Positions 35,286 to 44,905 of a stretch of DNA of 64,000 bases are shown here, one piece after another. This DNA is from Desulfosudaceae bacterium (GTDB taxonomy: Bacteria; Desulfobacterota; Desulfobacteria; Desulfobacterales; Desulfosudaceae). Position numbers and translations under genes: made by a program. Each line of letters opens with the position of its first letter. Within the stretch, counting starts at the first letter, position 1. Location: positions 67,628 to 131,627 of the forward strand of contig CAXXDV010000002.1 of NCBI GenBank assembly GCA_963674745.2, written 5' to 3'. The notes beneath the pieces were generated by a model. The model made no database searches and was not told the origin of the DNA. It was given only the letters and a program-made list of their open reading frames with translations.

Positions 35286-36778
35286 AAACCGGAATGGCCT
35301 TTTTGTTCCCATTCCGCGATGTATTTTTTAACCGTTCTGCGATCAAGGTTTGTGCGTCGGGCCACTTCGCCGTAAGTGCCGTAATGGCCATAAAGAAGAT
35401 GGCAATACCACCGGGTCAGGCTTAAGGCATCCATGTCGCCTTTGACCAGCTCTTCCACAAAGCCCGACGGGGGTGCTCTCCTTTCGGTTTTGCTCAGGCC
35501 CGCATATTTGTGGTTGAGGAGAATCCTGCGGACGCACTGGGCCAGTTCGCGCACATTGCCGGGCCAGTGGTAGTCGCGCCCGGGATGCCGGTCGATGGCC
35601 TTTTGGGCCAGGACAACCAGGTCGGGTGACGGCTTTCCCAGGATCCGTTCAATTGTAAACGATAACAGCGCTTCCATTTCGGCCGGATCTTCTTTTATCC
35701 GCTGCCGTAAGGGCGGTACAACAATGATGTCCGAACAGAGGCGGTAGAAAAAATCCTGCCTTAATATTGCTTTTTCCGTAATCTCTTCGATCGGCCTGTT
35801 GGTGGCGGCAATGATTCTGCCTTCAAATCGATGGGAGGTATGGCTTCCCACCGGAAAGAATATCCTTTCTTCCAGAACTTTAAGCAGTTTGATCTGGACG
35901 GGAATGGACACCTCGCCGATTTCATCAAGAAAAATCGCGCCCCAGGGGCTGCTCTGGGCAAGAACGCCTTTGTGGTCGTTGACCGCGCCGGTAAAGGCGC
36001 CCTTTTGGTGGCCGAACAGCTCGGACTCGATCAGGGCTTCGGGAAACTGGGACAGGTTGATAGAGACAAACGAACGGGCAAAACTTTCCTGAAACGTTTT
36101 TTTCCCGGTGTCAAACGGGATGAATCCGGAGCGGCCGATGGCGGCTGCTACCGCGCCCTTGCCGGTGCCGGTTTCGCCCAGTATCAGGGTGGAAAAGTCT
36201 TCCATGCGGTTCCAGAGATACTGGTTGTAAATGTCCAGGCTGTTGGTAAAGACGTTGTTCCAGAGGCCTTTTTTCAGGTTGATCATGCCGGTGCTGTCGC
36301 CTTTTAAGCCCCGGTCGATGAAATAAAAGGCCCGGCGGACCTGGAAGGCCAGGGAAAAATAGCGGACGGCCTCATCCCGGGCAAAGCCCTTTTTGAGGAG
36401 GTGGTCCAGGCCTTCGTCCGCGAAATCCACCCTGACCGGCGTATCTCCAGCCTTGACCTGCGCTTCAATGTGGGCGTCAAATCTTTCCAGGAACAAGTGA
36501 AAAAAATCAAACAGGACGGCGTTGTGCAAAATGGTTTTGTCTTTTTCCGGGTAGTGGTTGACGTTTGCCCGGTTGTTGCTTTCAAGACGATTGATGCGCT
36601 TGCGGACCTCGTTGATAACCGCCTCGATCCGGTCGTGATAGGGCGTATCCGGATAAAGCCCGGCGATCTCCATGTCTATGGCGGCCCTTTCTTCACTGAA
36701 AGGATTGGCCCTGATGGCCTGGGATACAAGTGAAAAAAAAGCTTTTTCTTTGTCGCTCAGCTTCTGTCTGACGGCCAT
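35282..36778 (-). CDS. Sigma-54-dependent transcriptional activator with atypical N-terminal domain
   Basis: GETGTGKG, ESELFGH, GAFTGA, FLDEIGE, WPGNVREL, C-terminal HTH. Confidence 0.93.
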   Translation of the reverse strand: MAVRQKLSDKEKAFFSLVSQAIRANPFSEERAAIDMEIAGLYPDTPYHDRIEAVINEVRKRINRLESNNRANVNHYPEKDKTILHNAVLFDFFHLFLERFDAHIEAQVKAGDTPVRVDFADEGLDHLLKKGFARDEAVRYFSLAFQVRRAFYFIDRGLKGDSTGMINLKKGLWNNVFTNSLDIYNQYLWNRMEDFSTLILGETGTGKGAVAAAIGRSGFIPFDTGKKTFQESFARSFVSINLSQFPEALIESELFGHQKGAFTGAVNDHKGVLAQSSPWGAIFLDEIGEVSIPVQIKLLKVLEERIFFPVGSHTSHRFEGRIIAATNRPIEEITEKAILRQDFFYRLCSDIIVVPPLRQRIKEDPAEMEALLSFTIERILGKPSPDLVVLAQKAIDRHPGRDYHWPGNVRELAQCVRRILLNHKYAGLSKTERRAPPSGFVEELVKGDMDALSLTRWYCHLLYGHYGTYGEVARRTNLDRRTVKKYIAEWEQKGHSGF

Positions 36779-37107
36779 ATCGATGCCTTCCTGATTGATT
36801 GGTGGTTAGCGTCCCAGCCGGGCACAGCCCGGAGTCAAACCGGCAAGTAACAGTGTCACTTAAAAGTTCAGGTGATGATGTGTTTAAGTGGTTATGTGAT
36901 TAGAGCCCCTGCCGGCCATTTTCGGGAATCATTTCTAAAAGAAACAGGGTTTTGTCATATAGAAGCTTAATATAATACGAATGACATTTAATGTATACAC
37001 GATTATTCAGCTGGTGTTCGCTTTTGCGTTTTTCGCCGGTTTTCCGGAAAGGTCGTTTTATAAAAAAACATATAAAAAACAAATACATAAAATTTATCGG
37101 CAAAGAA

Positions 37108-37123
37108 CGGCACGCAAATTGAT
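37108..37123 (+). promoter_or_regulatory. Candidate sigma-54 (-24/-12) promoter for the MFS-acyltransferase gene
   Basis: CGGCACGCAAATTGAT matches TGGCACG-N4-TTGC except GA at -12. Divergent from a sigma-54 activator, with an AT-rich upstream tract. Confidence 0.4.
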
Positions 37124-37181
37124 AATACCTCTTTTTTAGGAAACGAGCATAAACGATTAACCTGAAAAAAGAGGTCGCTAA

Positions 37182-39101
37182 ATGAAGCCGGATCGCGAAA
37201 ACACAACCCGAAAAGAACATGGCCAACTGGCATTGCTGGGCAGCAGGCGGTTTGCGCCGTTTTTCTGTACCCAGTTTCTGGGGGCCTTTAATGACAACCT
37301 GTTTAAAAATGTGCTGATCATTCTTATTGCCTATGTTTTCGGCAGCACCCTTGCCTGTGAGCCCAACACGCTGATCAATGCCGCCGCCGCGCTGTTTATC
37401 CTCCCGTTTTTTCTGTTTTCCGCCCTGGCCGGCCAGATTGCCGACAAGGTTGAAAAATCGGCCCTTATCCGGAAGATCAAGTTCACTGAAATGCTGATCA
37501 TGCTCGGCGCGGGAGGGGCCTTTGTGTTGAATAATCTCTGTCTGCTGCTGGGCATGCTGTTTTTGATGGGCGCGCAATCGGCGTTTTTCGGTCCGGTCAA
37601 GTACAGTATCATTCCCCAGCACCTCAAGCCGAATGAAGTCGTCGGCGGAAATGCCCTGGTGGAAACAGGCACATTCGTGGCCATTCTGCTGGGCACCATT
37701 GCCGGCGGACTGCTCGGGCAGATGGAAAACGGCCATCTGCTGGCCGGCGGTCTGGTCATCCTTGTGGCGCTGGCCGGATGGTTGATCAGCCGGATGATTC
37801 CCGGGGCCGCACCGTCTAATCCCGGGCTTGAAATAAAATATAATGTGCTGGTCGAGACGTGGAAAACCATCGGGTATGGGCGTAAAGTCCATTCCGTGTT
37901 TCTTGCTATCATGGGTATTTCCTGGTTCTGGTTTCTGGGTATGGCTTACCTGACCCAACTGCCCATGTTTACCCGGGAGGTGTTAGGCGCGTCGGGCGGC
38001 GTCCTGACGCTTCTGCTGACCATGTTTTCGATCGGCATCGGTGTCGGATCGCTGCTGTGCGAACGGCTGTCCGGAAAAAAAGTGGAACTGGGGCTGGTCC
38101 CCTTAGGATCAATCGGGTTAAGCGTTTTCGGTATTGATTTGTTTTTTGCCTGTCATTTCCCGGATCCGGGTGCCCTGATCGGCATTTCGGGCTTTCTGCA
38201 GGCGCCGGGCGGTATCCGGGTTCTGGCCGATCTGCTGTTGATCGGGGTGTTCGGCGGTATCTACAGCGTGCCCCTGTTCGCCTTTATCCAGACCCGGACC
38301 GCGCCTGAAATCCGGGCCAGGGTCATTGCCGCCAATAATATTATCAATGCCTTGCTGATGGTTCTGGCCACAGTGAGTGCCGCTCTTCTGATCGGGGTGT
38401 TCGGGCTTTCCATCCCGCAGTTTTTTCTCGGGCTGGCCATTGTCAATATCCTGGTGGCGGCGTACATCTATACGGTGGTGCCGGAATTTGTCCTTCGTTT
38501 TATCTTCTGGATATTGACCCATACCATGTATCGTGTCCGTCACGTCGACCTGGATCGTATTCCGGATGACGGGCCGGCCGTTCTGGTCTGCAATCATGTC
38601 AGTTACGTGGATGCCCTGATCATGGCCGGGGCCTGCCGTCGGCCCATACGGTTTGTCATGTACGAACCCATCTATAAAACGCCGGTACTCAATTATATCT
38701 TCCGCAAGGGTAAAGCCATTCCCATTACATCAAAACAAGCCGATCCGGAGACCTATCACCGGGCCTTTGAATGTATATCCGAAAATTTGAGGGCCGGTGA
38801 ACTGGTCTGTATTTTCCCCGAGGGCCGGCTGACCAGGGACGGCAAGCTGGGTGAGTTTAAAAACGGCATCGAAAAGATCGTCAAACGTGACCCTGTACCG
38901 GTCATCCCCATGGCGCTAAACGGCCTGTGGGGCAGCTTTTTCAGCCATAAATACGGCCAGGCACTGGCCGGTCGTCCGAGACGGTTCTGGTCGGAGATTC
39001 AATTGCTGGCCGGCAAACCGGTGAAACCGGAAAAGGTGACGGCCGGAGGTCTCCGGCAGCGCATTCATAGCCTTTGTTCCGGCGGAACGGTAAAGGTCTA
39101 A
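37182..39101 (+). CDS. MFS (LplT-like) transporter fused to a PlsC-type acyltransferase
   Basis: TQFLGAFNDNLFK, FGPVKYSIIPQ, many TM helices; NHVSYVD and FPEG motifs; gagg RBS. Confidence 0.92.
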   Translation: MKPDRENTTRKEHGQLALLGSRRFAPFFCTQFLGAFNDNLFKNVLIILIAYVFGSTLACEPNTLINAAAALFILPFFLFSALAGQIADKVEKSALIRKIKFTEMLIMLGAGGAFVLNNLCLLLGMLFLMGAQSAFFGPVKYSIIPQHLKPNEVVGGNALVETGTFVAILLGTIAGGLLGQMENGHLLAGGLVILVALAGWLISRMIPGAAPSNPGLEIKYNVLVETWKTIGYGRKVHSVFLAIMGISWFWFLGMAYLTQLPMFTREVLGASGGVLTLLLTMFSIGIGVGSLLCERLSGKKVELGLVPLGSIGLSVFGIDLFFACHFPDPGALIGISGFLQAPGGIRVLADLLLIGVFGGIYSVPLFAFIQTRTAPEIRARVIAANNIINALLMVLATVSAALLIGVFGLSIPQFFLGLAIVNILVAAYIYTVVPEFVLRFIFWILTHTMYRVRHVDLDRIPDDGPAVLVCNHVSYVDALIMAGACRRPIRFVMYEPIYKTPVLNYIFRKGKAIPITSKQADPETYHRAFECISENLRAGELVCIFPEGRLTRDGKLGEFKNGIEKIVKRDPVPVIPMALNGLWGSFFSHKYGQALAGRPRRFWSEIQLLAGKPVKPEKVTAGGLRQRIHSLCSGGTVKV

Positions 39102-39161
39102 AACAGGGTTCAAGGGTTCGAGGGGTCGAGGGGACCCTAGACCCCTCGAACCCTGTTTTAG
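39098..39161. terminator. Hairpin with short internal repeats between convergent genes
   Basis: ctaaaacagggttc...gaggggtc / gacccctcgaaccctgttttag pair; gggttc(a/g)ag occurs repeatedly. Confidence 0.6.
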
Positions 39162-40543
39162 TTGGTTTCGCAACCCGTCTCATCAGGACACAAACCGCAA
39201 TTGAGCCGGTCAAGATCCTGCTGGAAGTCGAATTCCGGATCCCTGAATTTTGTGTGGCAGCGGGTACAGGTGCTCTCGTTAATGGAAAGCATGGAAAAGC
39301 TTTGCGGGTCTTGTGAATGATTTTTACCCGGGCCATGGCAGGCTTCACACTGGACACCGGGCATAAACATTTTGCTTTTGGCCATGGTCAGGTCCTGCGG
39401 TGGCTTTTTCTCCAAACCGGTCACGTGGCAGTAGAGACAGCTCGGATCATTCTGTCGCGACATGGCGGAAAGGCTTTCCATGGCGCCGGCATGCCGGGTT
39501 TTTGTCCAGCAGGCACTGAAGGCGGGATGGCAGAGCTGGCAGGATTGACTGCCGACATAGTGTGTATGGGCTTCCAGTTCGGCTGTTGATACTTTGAGCG
39601 GTCCAGGACGCATTTCAAGAAGCGCCTGCCGTTTGTTGTTATATTCCTTTATCAGGGCGGAGATGACGGGGTCTTCAGCCACCTCCCCCGCCGTTATTCT
39701 GACCTGAAAAGGGCGTGAAAAATCGCCGGCCCCTTTTTCCCCGGAGGTATAATCAATGTAAGCCACGTCCATGCCCTGGTTGTTGTTCGCTACAATCGGC
39801 GCTTGTTGATCGCCTGCCGCAGCTGTTAAAACGGATTGGGTTGAAAGGCCGTCTATCACCAGATCAATGCCCGGGCACTGCTCGAGTATTGATGAGATCA
39901 TGTTTCCGTCGGCGTGGATGATGGCGACAAACAGGTCATGCGGCACCTGCTTTTGAATATCCCGCAGCGCGGCGACCGGATCTGAAATCGCCCGGGTTTT
40001 GTGGTCTGCGGGCAGCATTGCCGGGTCAATGACGGCGGTCACCAGGACAGTTGTGCGGCCGTTGTTTTTTTTCAGAACCGCATAAGGTGTAAATTCCGGC
40101 AGGTTGGCGGATATGAACGTTAAGCCGGTATTTTCCGCCAGCCTTTTAAGCTTTTCTGTACCCCAGGCGATTTCTGAAACACCGGGCGCGATTATTTCCG
40201 TTCCGGACAGCGCCAATGCTTTGAAAATATAGTCGGCCGCCAGGTCAATACCATGGGCCTCAATATCAAGGTTATTGCCCGCGTTAATCACCAGCGTTCC
40301 CGCCCGGCCGTATTCTTTTTGAATGCTGTCAACGAGCGTTTTCCGGCGGGAAAGACCTCCCGCCTGATTGGCACTTCAGCCGCAGGGCTCGATTTTGCCC
40401 GTCAGCCCGCCGTCGTAAATAATTCGCAGCCTGTCCATTTTACGTCCGGCCAACAACTCTCCATCAGCATATGGGGCGGCAACCATTGCGGCCGCCAGAA
40501 CCATATAAAGGAACCTGTGTTTTAAACAATTTAAGCCAAGCAT
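39158..40543 (-). CDS. UshA-like selenoprotein fused to a tetraheme cytochrome c (Sec at codon 56)
   Basis: ATG 40543 gives a signal peptide then LRIIYDGGLTGKIEPCG-TGA-SANQAGGLSRR, in frame with ORF 39158..40291. Heme motifs CQLCH, CLYCH, CEACH, CTRCH. 461 aa with readthrough. Confidence 0.88.
40345..40378 (-). promoter_or_regulatory. Sec codon and bacterial SECIS-like hairpin
   Basis: UGA (40378-40376), 11 nt, then GGCGGGA-GGUCUU-UCCCGCC (40364-40345). Confidence 0.82.
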
Positions 40544-40885
40544 ATTGCTGTGTCCCGGTTATCATTATTTTTGTTATCACGTTAACACCCATGTGACCGC
40601 AACTCACCATTTGCCAGAAACATCCAATTTTTATGCCGAAACAGCCGATAGGCTTGGAAAAACATATTGAATAAGTCGGTAGTAGTATCAAATTGTTTTA
40701 TTTTTAATATGTTATATTCCATCGGTATATTATAATAATTTAAAGGCAGGTCGTTTTTATCAAAAAACAGGGTAAGGCTGTTAACCTGTTAACGTTAACT
40801 GTTAATATGATTAAGCCGTATTCCGGGGGAGGCCGAAGATGAATCTTTTTGAGGCTTTAACCCTAAAAGTTCATGAACATCCGGG

Positions 40886-42217
40886 TCAGTATGCGGCCAG
40901 ACGGCGGAGGCGGGTAATGGTTTCCCAGGAAAATCCGCCTTCTGAGCAAGGCAGGATGGCGTTATTGGTCAGGAGTGGCTCTGCTGCCAGGTCGTACGCA
41001 GAATTTGCCACTGCATCCGGCCACATGGCGGTATGGGGAATTGGGGTGTAGTAGGCCGGGATCGGCGTAATGCCAGTCTCTACAACCGTCTTTACCGAGT
41101 CTTCCACGCTGGAAAAAGATTGTCCCGGCAATCCGACCAGCAGATAAGCCCCGATCTGTCGACCGGCAAATCCGGCCTGTTTCAGGCAGGCCACCGCCCG
41201 TTCAAATTCTTCTTTTGTTACTTTGGCGTCGAATTTCTTCCTGCTGGTGAAATCGGCGGTCTCAAGGCCCAGCCGGATGGTCTCAAATCCGGCGTGACGC
41301 ATCAGGCTTGCGGTTTTTTCATTGATTTCCCGGACGTGCAGGGCATTGGGGGTGTGAAAGTGCAACGGCAGTTTTCTGCTGATCAGGTCTTCGAATATGG
41401 GAATGGCATGTGCCTCGGCATCGATCAGCAGGGCATCGTCGTAAAACACAAAATTTTGGACATGGTGTGTTTTATACCAGTATCCAATTTCGCCGACAAC
41501 CGAAGCCGGGCTGCGTCGCGTCATGACCGGGTGAATAAATGACGAAGCGCAGTAGGGGCAGCGAAAAGGGCACCCGGTCGACGTCAGCAGGGTCACGTAA
41601 TTGATATTGTGCTGAAGTCCAAAAGCCGGAAACGGCCGGTCATCGGGATCATCGGCATCAAAACGCGGCGGAATGGGAATACCGGTGTGGGTTTCAACCA
41701 GGTTCAGAACATCAAGTCCTGATACGCCGGGTGCGATGGCGTCCGCCGGACTGTGTTTTTCCGCATGTTCCCGGCATAAAAGCGGATAAAGACCGCCTAA
41801 GACCACCGGCACATCGGGGAATACCTGTTTGATCATGTTGATGGTTTCATGGACGCCGGGATACCAGTAGGTCATGATCGATGTCACCAGGACCAGGTCG
41901 GGCACGTGCAGGGCGCGCAGATCGTCCGCAAACCATTGCCGGTCAATGCCGTAACGGCTGTAGTGCCGTGGAATATGACTTAAAATGTCCGGTTTGTTTA
42001 TACGGGTTTTGCGATAGGGGCCGCGGCCGAAACGTGCCGGCGGGTCGGATACCGGAAGCGCCCGGGGATGAAAGCGGTCGGTGCAGTCAATGTAGGTGAC
42101 ATTGCAGTCATGGGCTTTGAGGATGGCGGCCAGTGACAGCAGCCCCAGCGGTTTGGACCAAAAGTCATAGGCCGCGAAATCATGAATCCAGGGGTTGACA
42201 CAAAGTATACTAATCAT
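40886..42217 (-). CDS. B12-binding-domain radical SAM protein
   Basis: Start MISILCVNPWIHDFAAYD; PLGLL, VVLGG, CPFRCPYC, FYDD, LGLET. Overlaps the upstream gene by 8 bp. Confidence 0.9.
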   Translation of the reverse strand: MISILCVNPWIHDFAAYDFWSKPLGLLSLAAILKAHDCNVTYIDCTDRFHPRALPVSDPPARFGRGPYRKTRINKPDILSHIPRHYSRYGIDRQWFADDLRALHVPDLVLVTSIMTYWYPGVHETINMIKQVFPDVPVVLGGLYPLLCREHAEKHSPADAIAPGVSGLDVLNLVETHTGIPIPPRFDADDPDDRPFPAFGLQHNINYVTLLTSTGCPFRCPYCASSFIHPVMTRRSPASVVGEIGYWYKTHHVQNFVFYDDALLIDAEAHAIPIFEDLISRKLPLHFHTPNALHVREINEKTASLMRHAGFETIRLGLETADFTSRKKFDAKVTKEEFERAVACLKQAGFAGRQIGAYLLVGLPGQSFSSVEDSVKTVVETGITPIPAYYTPIPHTAMWPDAVANSAYDLAAEPLLTNNAILPCSEGGFSWETITRLRRLAAY

Positions 42218-42689
42218 CTTCGTCGTCAAAGTACTGCATTGACGTCTTCTTAAGTTCCCGCTTGCTGAACAGGACCGCATATTTCTCAATGCCTGCCTGC
42301 CTGGCCATTTCCCGGGTCGTCTCCAAACACTCCTGTTCGTTTCTGGCGTGCACCATGGTGTACAGGTTGTAGGGCCATCCGGGGGCGGGGTCGCGCCGGT
42401 AGCAATGGGAAACGGCGGAGAAACCGGCCAGCGTTTGGCCGGCTTTTTCCACAAGGTTTTCGTCTACCTGCCAGGCCACCATGGCGTTGGCAGTGATGCC
42501 GGACTTCTGGTGCCGCAACGTGGCCCCGAAACGACGGACAATACCACGGTCACACAGGTCCTGAAGCGTGGCGATTACCTGATCTTCCGTGACGCCGATT
42601 TCCGCTGCAATATCCTTATAGGGCCGCTGGGTTATCGGGATATCGCCCTGGGTGGCGGCGATGACTTTTTTTTCAATTTCACTAAGCAT
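42210..42689 (-). CDS. ahbB: Siroheme decarboxylase beta subunit (AhbB/NirH-like, Lrp/AsnC fold)
   Basis: QGDIP..RPY, RRFGATLRHQ, VSHCYRR, WPYNLYTMVH, ELKKTSM. Confidence 0.85.
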   Translation of the reverse strand: MLSEIEKKVIAATQGDIPITQRPYKDIAAEIGVTEDQVIATLQDLCDRGIVRRFGATLRHQKSGITANAMVAWQVDENLVEKAGQTLAGFSAVSHCYRRDPAPGWPYNLYTMVHARNEQECLETTREMARQAGIEKYAVLFSKRELKKTSMQYFDDEDD

Positions 42690-42764
42690 ACCCGATTTAT
42701 AAGTGTGTCGTAAATAATGTCAAGGGTTTTTGGGCAAATGCGTCAGCCGGTTTTCCAGCCCCGG

Positions 42765-43334
42765 TCATTTATAAATCTCAACATCCATGCGCCTTCGACC
42801 CCATTTCAGCGCCTTTGAATGGGAGTTAAAGTAAAGATCGATCCGGTTTTGGCCTTTTATGGCACTGCCGCGATCTTCCACGATGCCGTACCCGTATTCA
42901 TCAAAATACATTCTGGTGCCAAAGGGATAATACCGGGTGTCCGCGGCAACGGTGCCGTCGCGGGAGAACCACAGCCAGGGGAAGACCACTCGAAAGGGAA
43001 GCACCCAGGGGTGGCAGATGCTGTCAACTGAAAAAAGGCCGTGTCTTGGTTCATGGGGTTTGGTGCCGCTGGCGGTTTTGCCGCTGTATGGCTTGCCTTT
43101 GTTTTTGCCGTAACGGATATATTTGTTCCAGAAATTGAGCTTGAGGTACTTCCAGCTTCCCCGTTCCCAGCCGCAGCATTCTCCACATCCGCAGTAGGCG
43201 GTTACTTCCATTTTGCGGACCGTTACCTTCGGGCCGCAACCAAAAAGACCGGCCGCTAATATAATGAACAGAAATGGCAGGCACCAGTACCGTGATGCCG
43301 GGCGGCGGTTTATGGAGACGGATTTTTTTATCAT
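42765..43334 (-). CDS. 3D-domain lipoprotein (peptidoglycan-related)
   Basis: Lipobox LFGC; EVTAYC; TASGT; VAAD..YPFGT; VEDRGSAIKG.RIDLYF; ALKWGRR. Confidence 0.88.
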   Translation of the reverse strand: MIKKSVSINRRPASRYWCLPFLFIILAAGLFGCGPKVTVRKMEVTAYCGCGECCGWERGSWKYLKLNFWNKYIRYGKNKGKPYSGKTASGTKPHEPRHGLFSVDSICHPWVLPFRVVFPWLWFSRDGTVAADTRYYPFGTRMYFDEYGYGIVEDRGSAIKGQNRIDLYFNSHSKALKWGRRRMDVEIYK

Positions 43335-43474
43335 GACCTTATTTTTGCAGTTCAGTCATGATGTGTCAAATTTCTATTGTTAAAAATAAAGTACGTAGAA
43401 CCGGCAAACATTACTTTTTTGCGTCTTTCCTCAAAAGGTTTAAAGGGCGTTTAAGAAACGATTTTTCGTCGATT

Positions 43475-43518
43475 CACTTAATCACATAACCACATAACCA
43501 CTTAATCACATAACCACT
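43475..43518. repeat. 8-bp tandem repeat (cacttaat/cacataac)
   Basis: cacttaatcacataaccacataaccacttaatcacataaccact; a reverse-complement copy lies at ~36884-36902. Confidence 0.75.
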
Positions 43519-43593
43519 ATTTTCTTAGTTCCCTAATACTTTCAGGCTTGGTTCCGCCCGGCCTCAAGTCGGGACGATTCTAAACCCCTTTTA

Positions 43594-43624
43594 TTGACAC
43601 CCGAAAGGTTCCGTCATATATAAT
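43594..43624 (+). promoter_or_regulatory. Candidate sigma70 promoter
   Basis: TTGACA-N17-TATATAAT upstream of 43667. Confidence 0.6.
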
Positions 43625-43666
43625 GATTTTTAAAAACCAACCGTAACTTTTTTCAAGGGCCCATAG

Positions 43667-43984
43667 ATGACAAGGGAAAAAGACATTGTCCTGATTTATT
43701 ATGAGGACAACCCCATGGTGTATGCCCGAATCGAGGAGATTGCGGCCGACCACAAGAAGGGCTGGTACCTGGTTAAATTGCTCATCCTCGGGATTCCTTT
43801 GCAGGCGGTACACTGGCTGTTGAGAGATGCCTATATTGACGGAACGGAATTTACCATGGACGGTAAAAAGATGCGTCTTGAAAAAGTCGTCTGCCCGCCC
43901 GACCAGCCAGCGGGAGATATTTCCGGCGCTGATTCAAAAACCGGTGCCAGCGTCATCCCTTTCCCATCTCAGCCCGACAACTGA
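43667..43984 (+). CDS. Hypothetical protein
   Basis: Protein-like 105-aa ORF after a promoter, 6 bp before the next gene; ends VIPFP. Confidence 0.75.
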   Translation: MTREKDIVLIYYEDNPMVYARIEEIAADHKKGWYLVKLLILGIPLQAVHWLLRDAYIDGTEFTMDGKKMRLEKVVCPPDQPAGDISGADSKTGASVIPFPSQPDN

Positions 43985-43990
43985 ATCATC

Positions 43991-44878
43991 ATGGGACCTT
44001 CAGAACAGATCGTCATATCCGCTTCCAGGCGGACCGATATCCCCGCTTTTTACATGGACTGGTTCATGAGCGGTATTACGGCCGGTTTTTTCGATGTCGT
44101 CAATCCCTATAACGGACAGGTGCGACGCGTGCCGGCCGATGCCGACCGGGTGCACACGATTGTCTTCTGGTCAAAAGATTTCGGTCGTTTTCTCGACGGC
44201 AGTTATGGCGAGCGTCTGAATGCAGCCGGTTATCATCTGTTTTTCAATTTCACGGTCAATTCCGAAAATAAACTGCTGGAGCCCAACCTGCCGTCCCTGG
44301 AACAACGGCTTGACCAGCTGAGGCAGCTGGCGGAACGTTTCGGGCCGCAACGGATTCACTGGCGTTTTGATCCCATCTGCTGTTATTCGTTCATGGGAGA
44401 GAAACAGGCAGACAACCTGGGCGATTTTGAACGTATTGCCAATGCGGCGGCAGCCTCAGGCGTTCCTTCATGCATTACCAGTTTTATGGATTTTTATAAA
44501 AAGATCGGGCGGCGCACAGCCGCTATCCCCGGATTCTCATTTATTGACCCCGACCTGGATGAAAAATTGGCAAAAATTCAATGGATGGCGTCGGCCCTTC
44601 AGAAAAGAGGCATTCGCCTTTATACCTGCTGTGAAAAAGAGGTCGTGTCCGCCCTTCCGCCGGAATCTGACGTTTCCGCCAGTGCCTGCGTGCCGGGTGA
44701 CCTGTTTGTGGCGCTGGATGGCGGGTCGGTACCGTTAAAAAAAGACCCTGGCCAGCGGCGGTCGGCCGGATGCGGATGCACGCTGTCCATGGACATCGGC
44801 GGCTACCGGGAACACCCCTGTTTCCATAACTGCCTGTTCTGTTATGCCAACCCCACATCCGGTGCACCGAAGGCATAA
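43991..44878 (+). CDS. DUF1848-family protein
   Basis: ISASRRTDIPAFY, VFWSKD, WRFDPI, C-terminal CGC..DIG.Y..CFHNCLFCYAN. Confidence 0.9.
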   Translation: MGPSEQIVISASRRTDIPAFYMDWFMSGITAGFFDVVNPYNGQVRRVPADADRVHTIVFWSKDFGRFLDGSYGERLNAAGYHLFFNFTVNSENKLLEPNLPSLEQRLDQLRQLAERFGPQRIHWRFDPICCYSFMGEKQADNLGDFERIANAAAASGVPSCITSFMDFYKKIGRRTAAIPGFSFIDPDLDEKLAKIQWMASALQKRGIRLYTCCEKEVVSALPPESDVSASACVPGDLFVALDGGSVPLKKDPGQRRSAGCGCTLSMDIGGYREHPCFHNCLFCYANPTSGAPKA

Positions 44879-44905
44879 TCCCACATGTCCGGAACCTTGG
44901 CCCGG

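Noticed and set aside
36900..37958. 352-aa minus-strand ORF and similar long antisense ORFs (47490-48536, 11432-12241, 45747-46466)
   Set aside because: These are shadows of well-supported genes on the opposite strand in GC-rich DNA and carry no motifs.
40376..40378. TGA as a nonsense mutation (pseudogene)
   Set aside because: It falls at a CxC-type position, is followed by a correctly spaced hairpin, and both flanks are intact, so Sec is the better explanation. Not excluded without sel genes.
42218..42454. N-terminal extension of the radical SAM ORF
   Set aside because: It lies inside ahbB in another frame; the family-like sequence begins at 42217.
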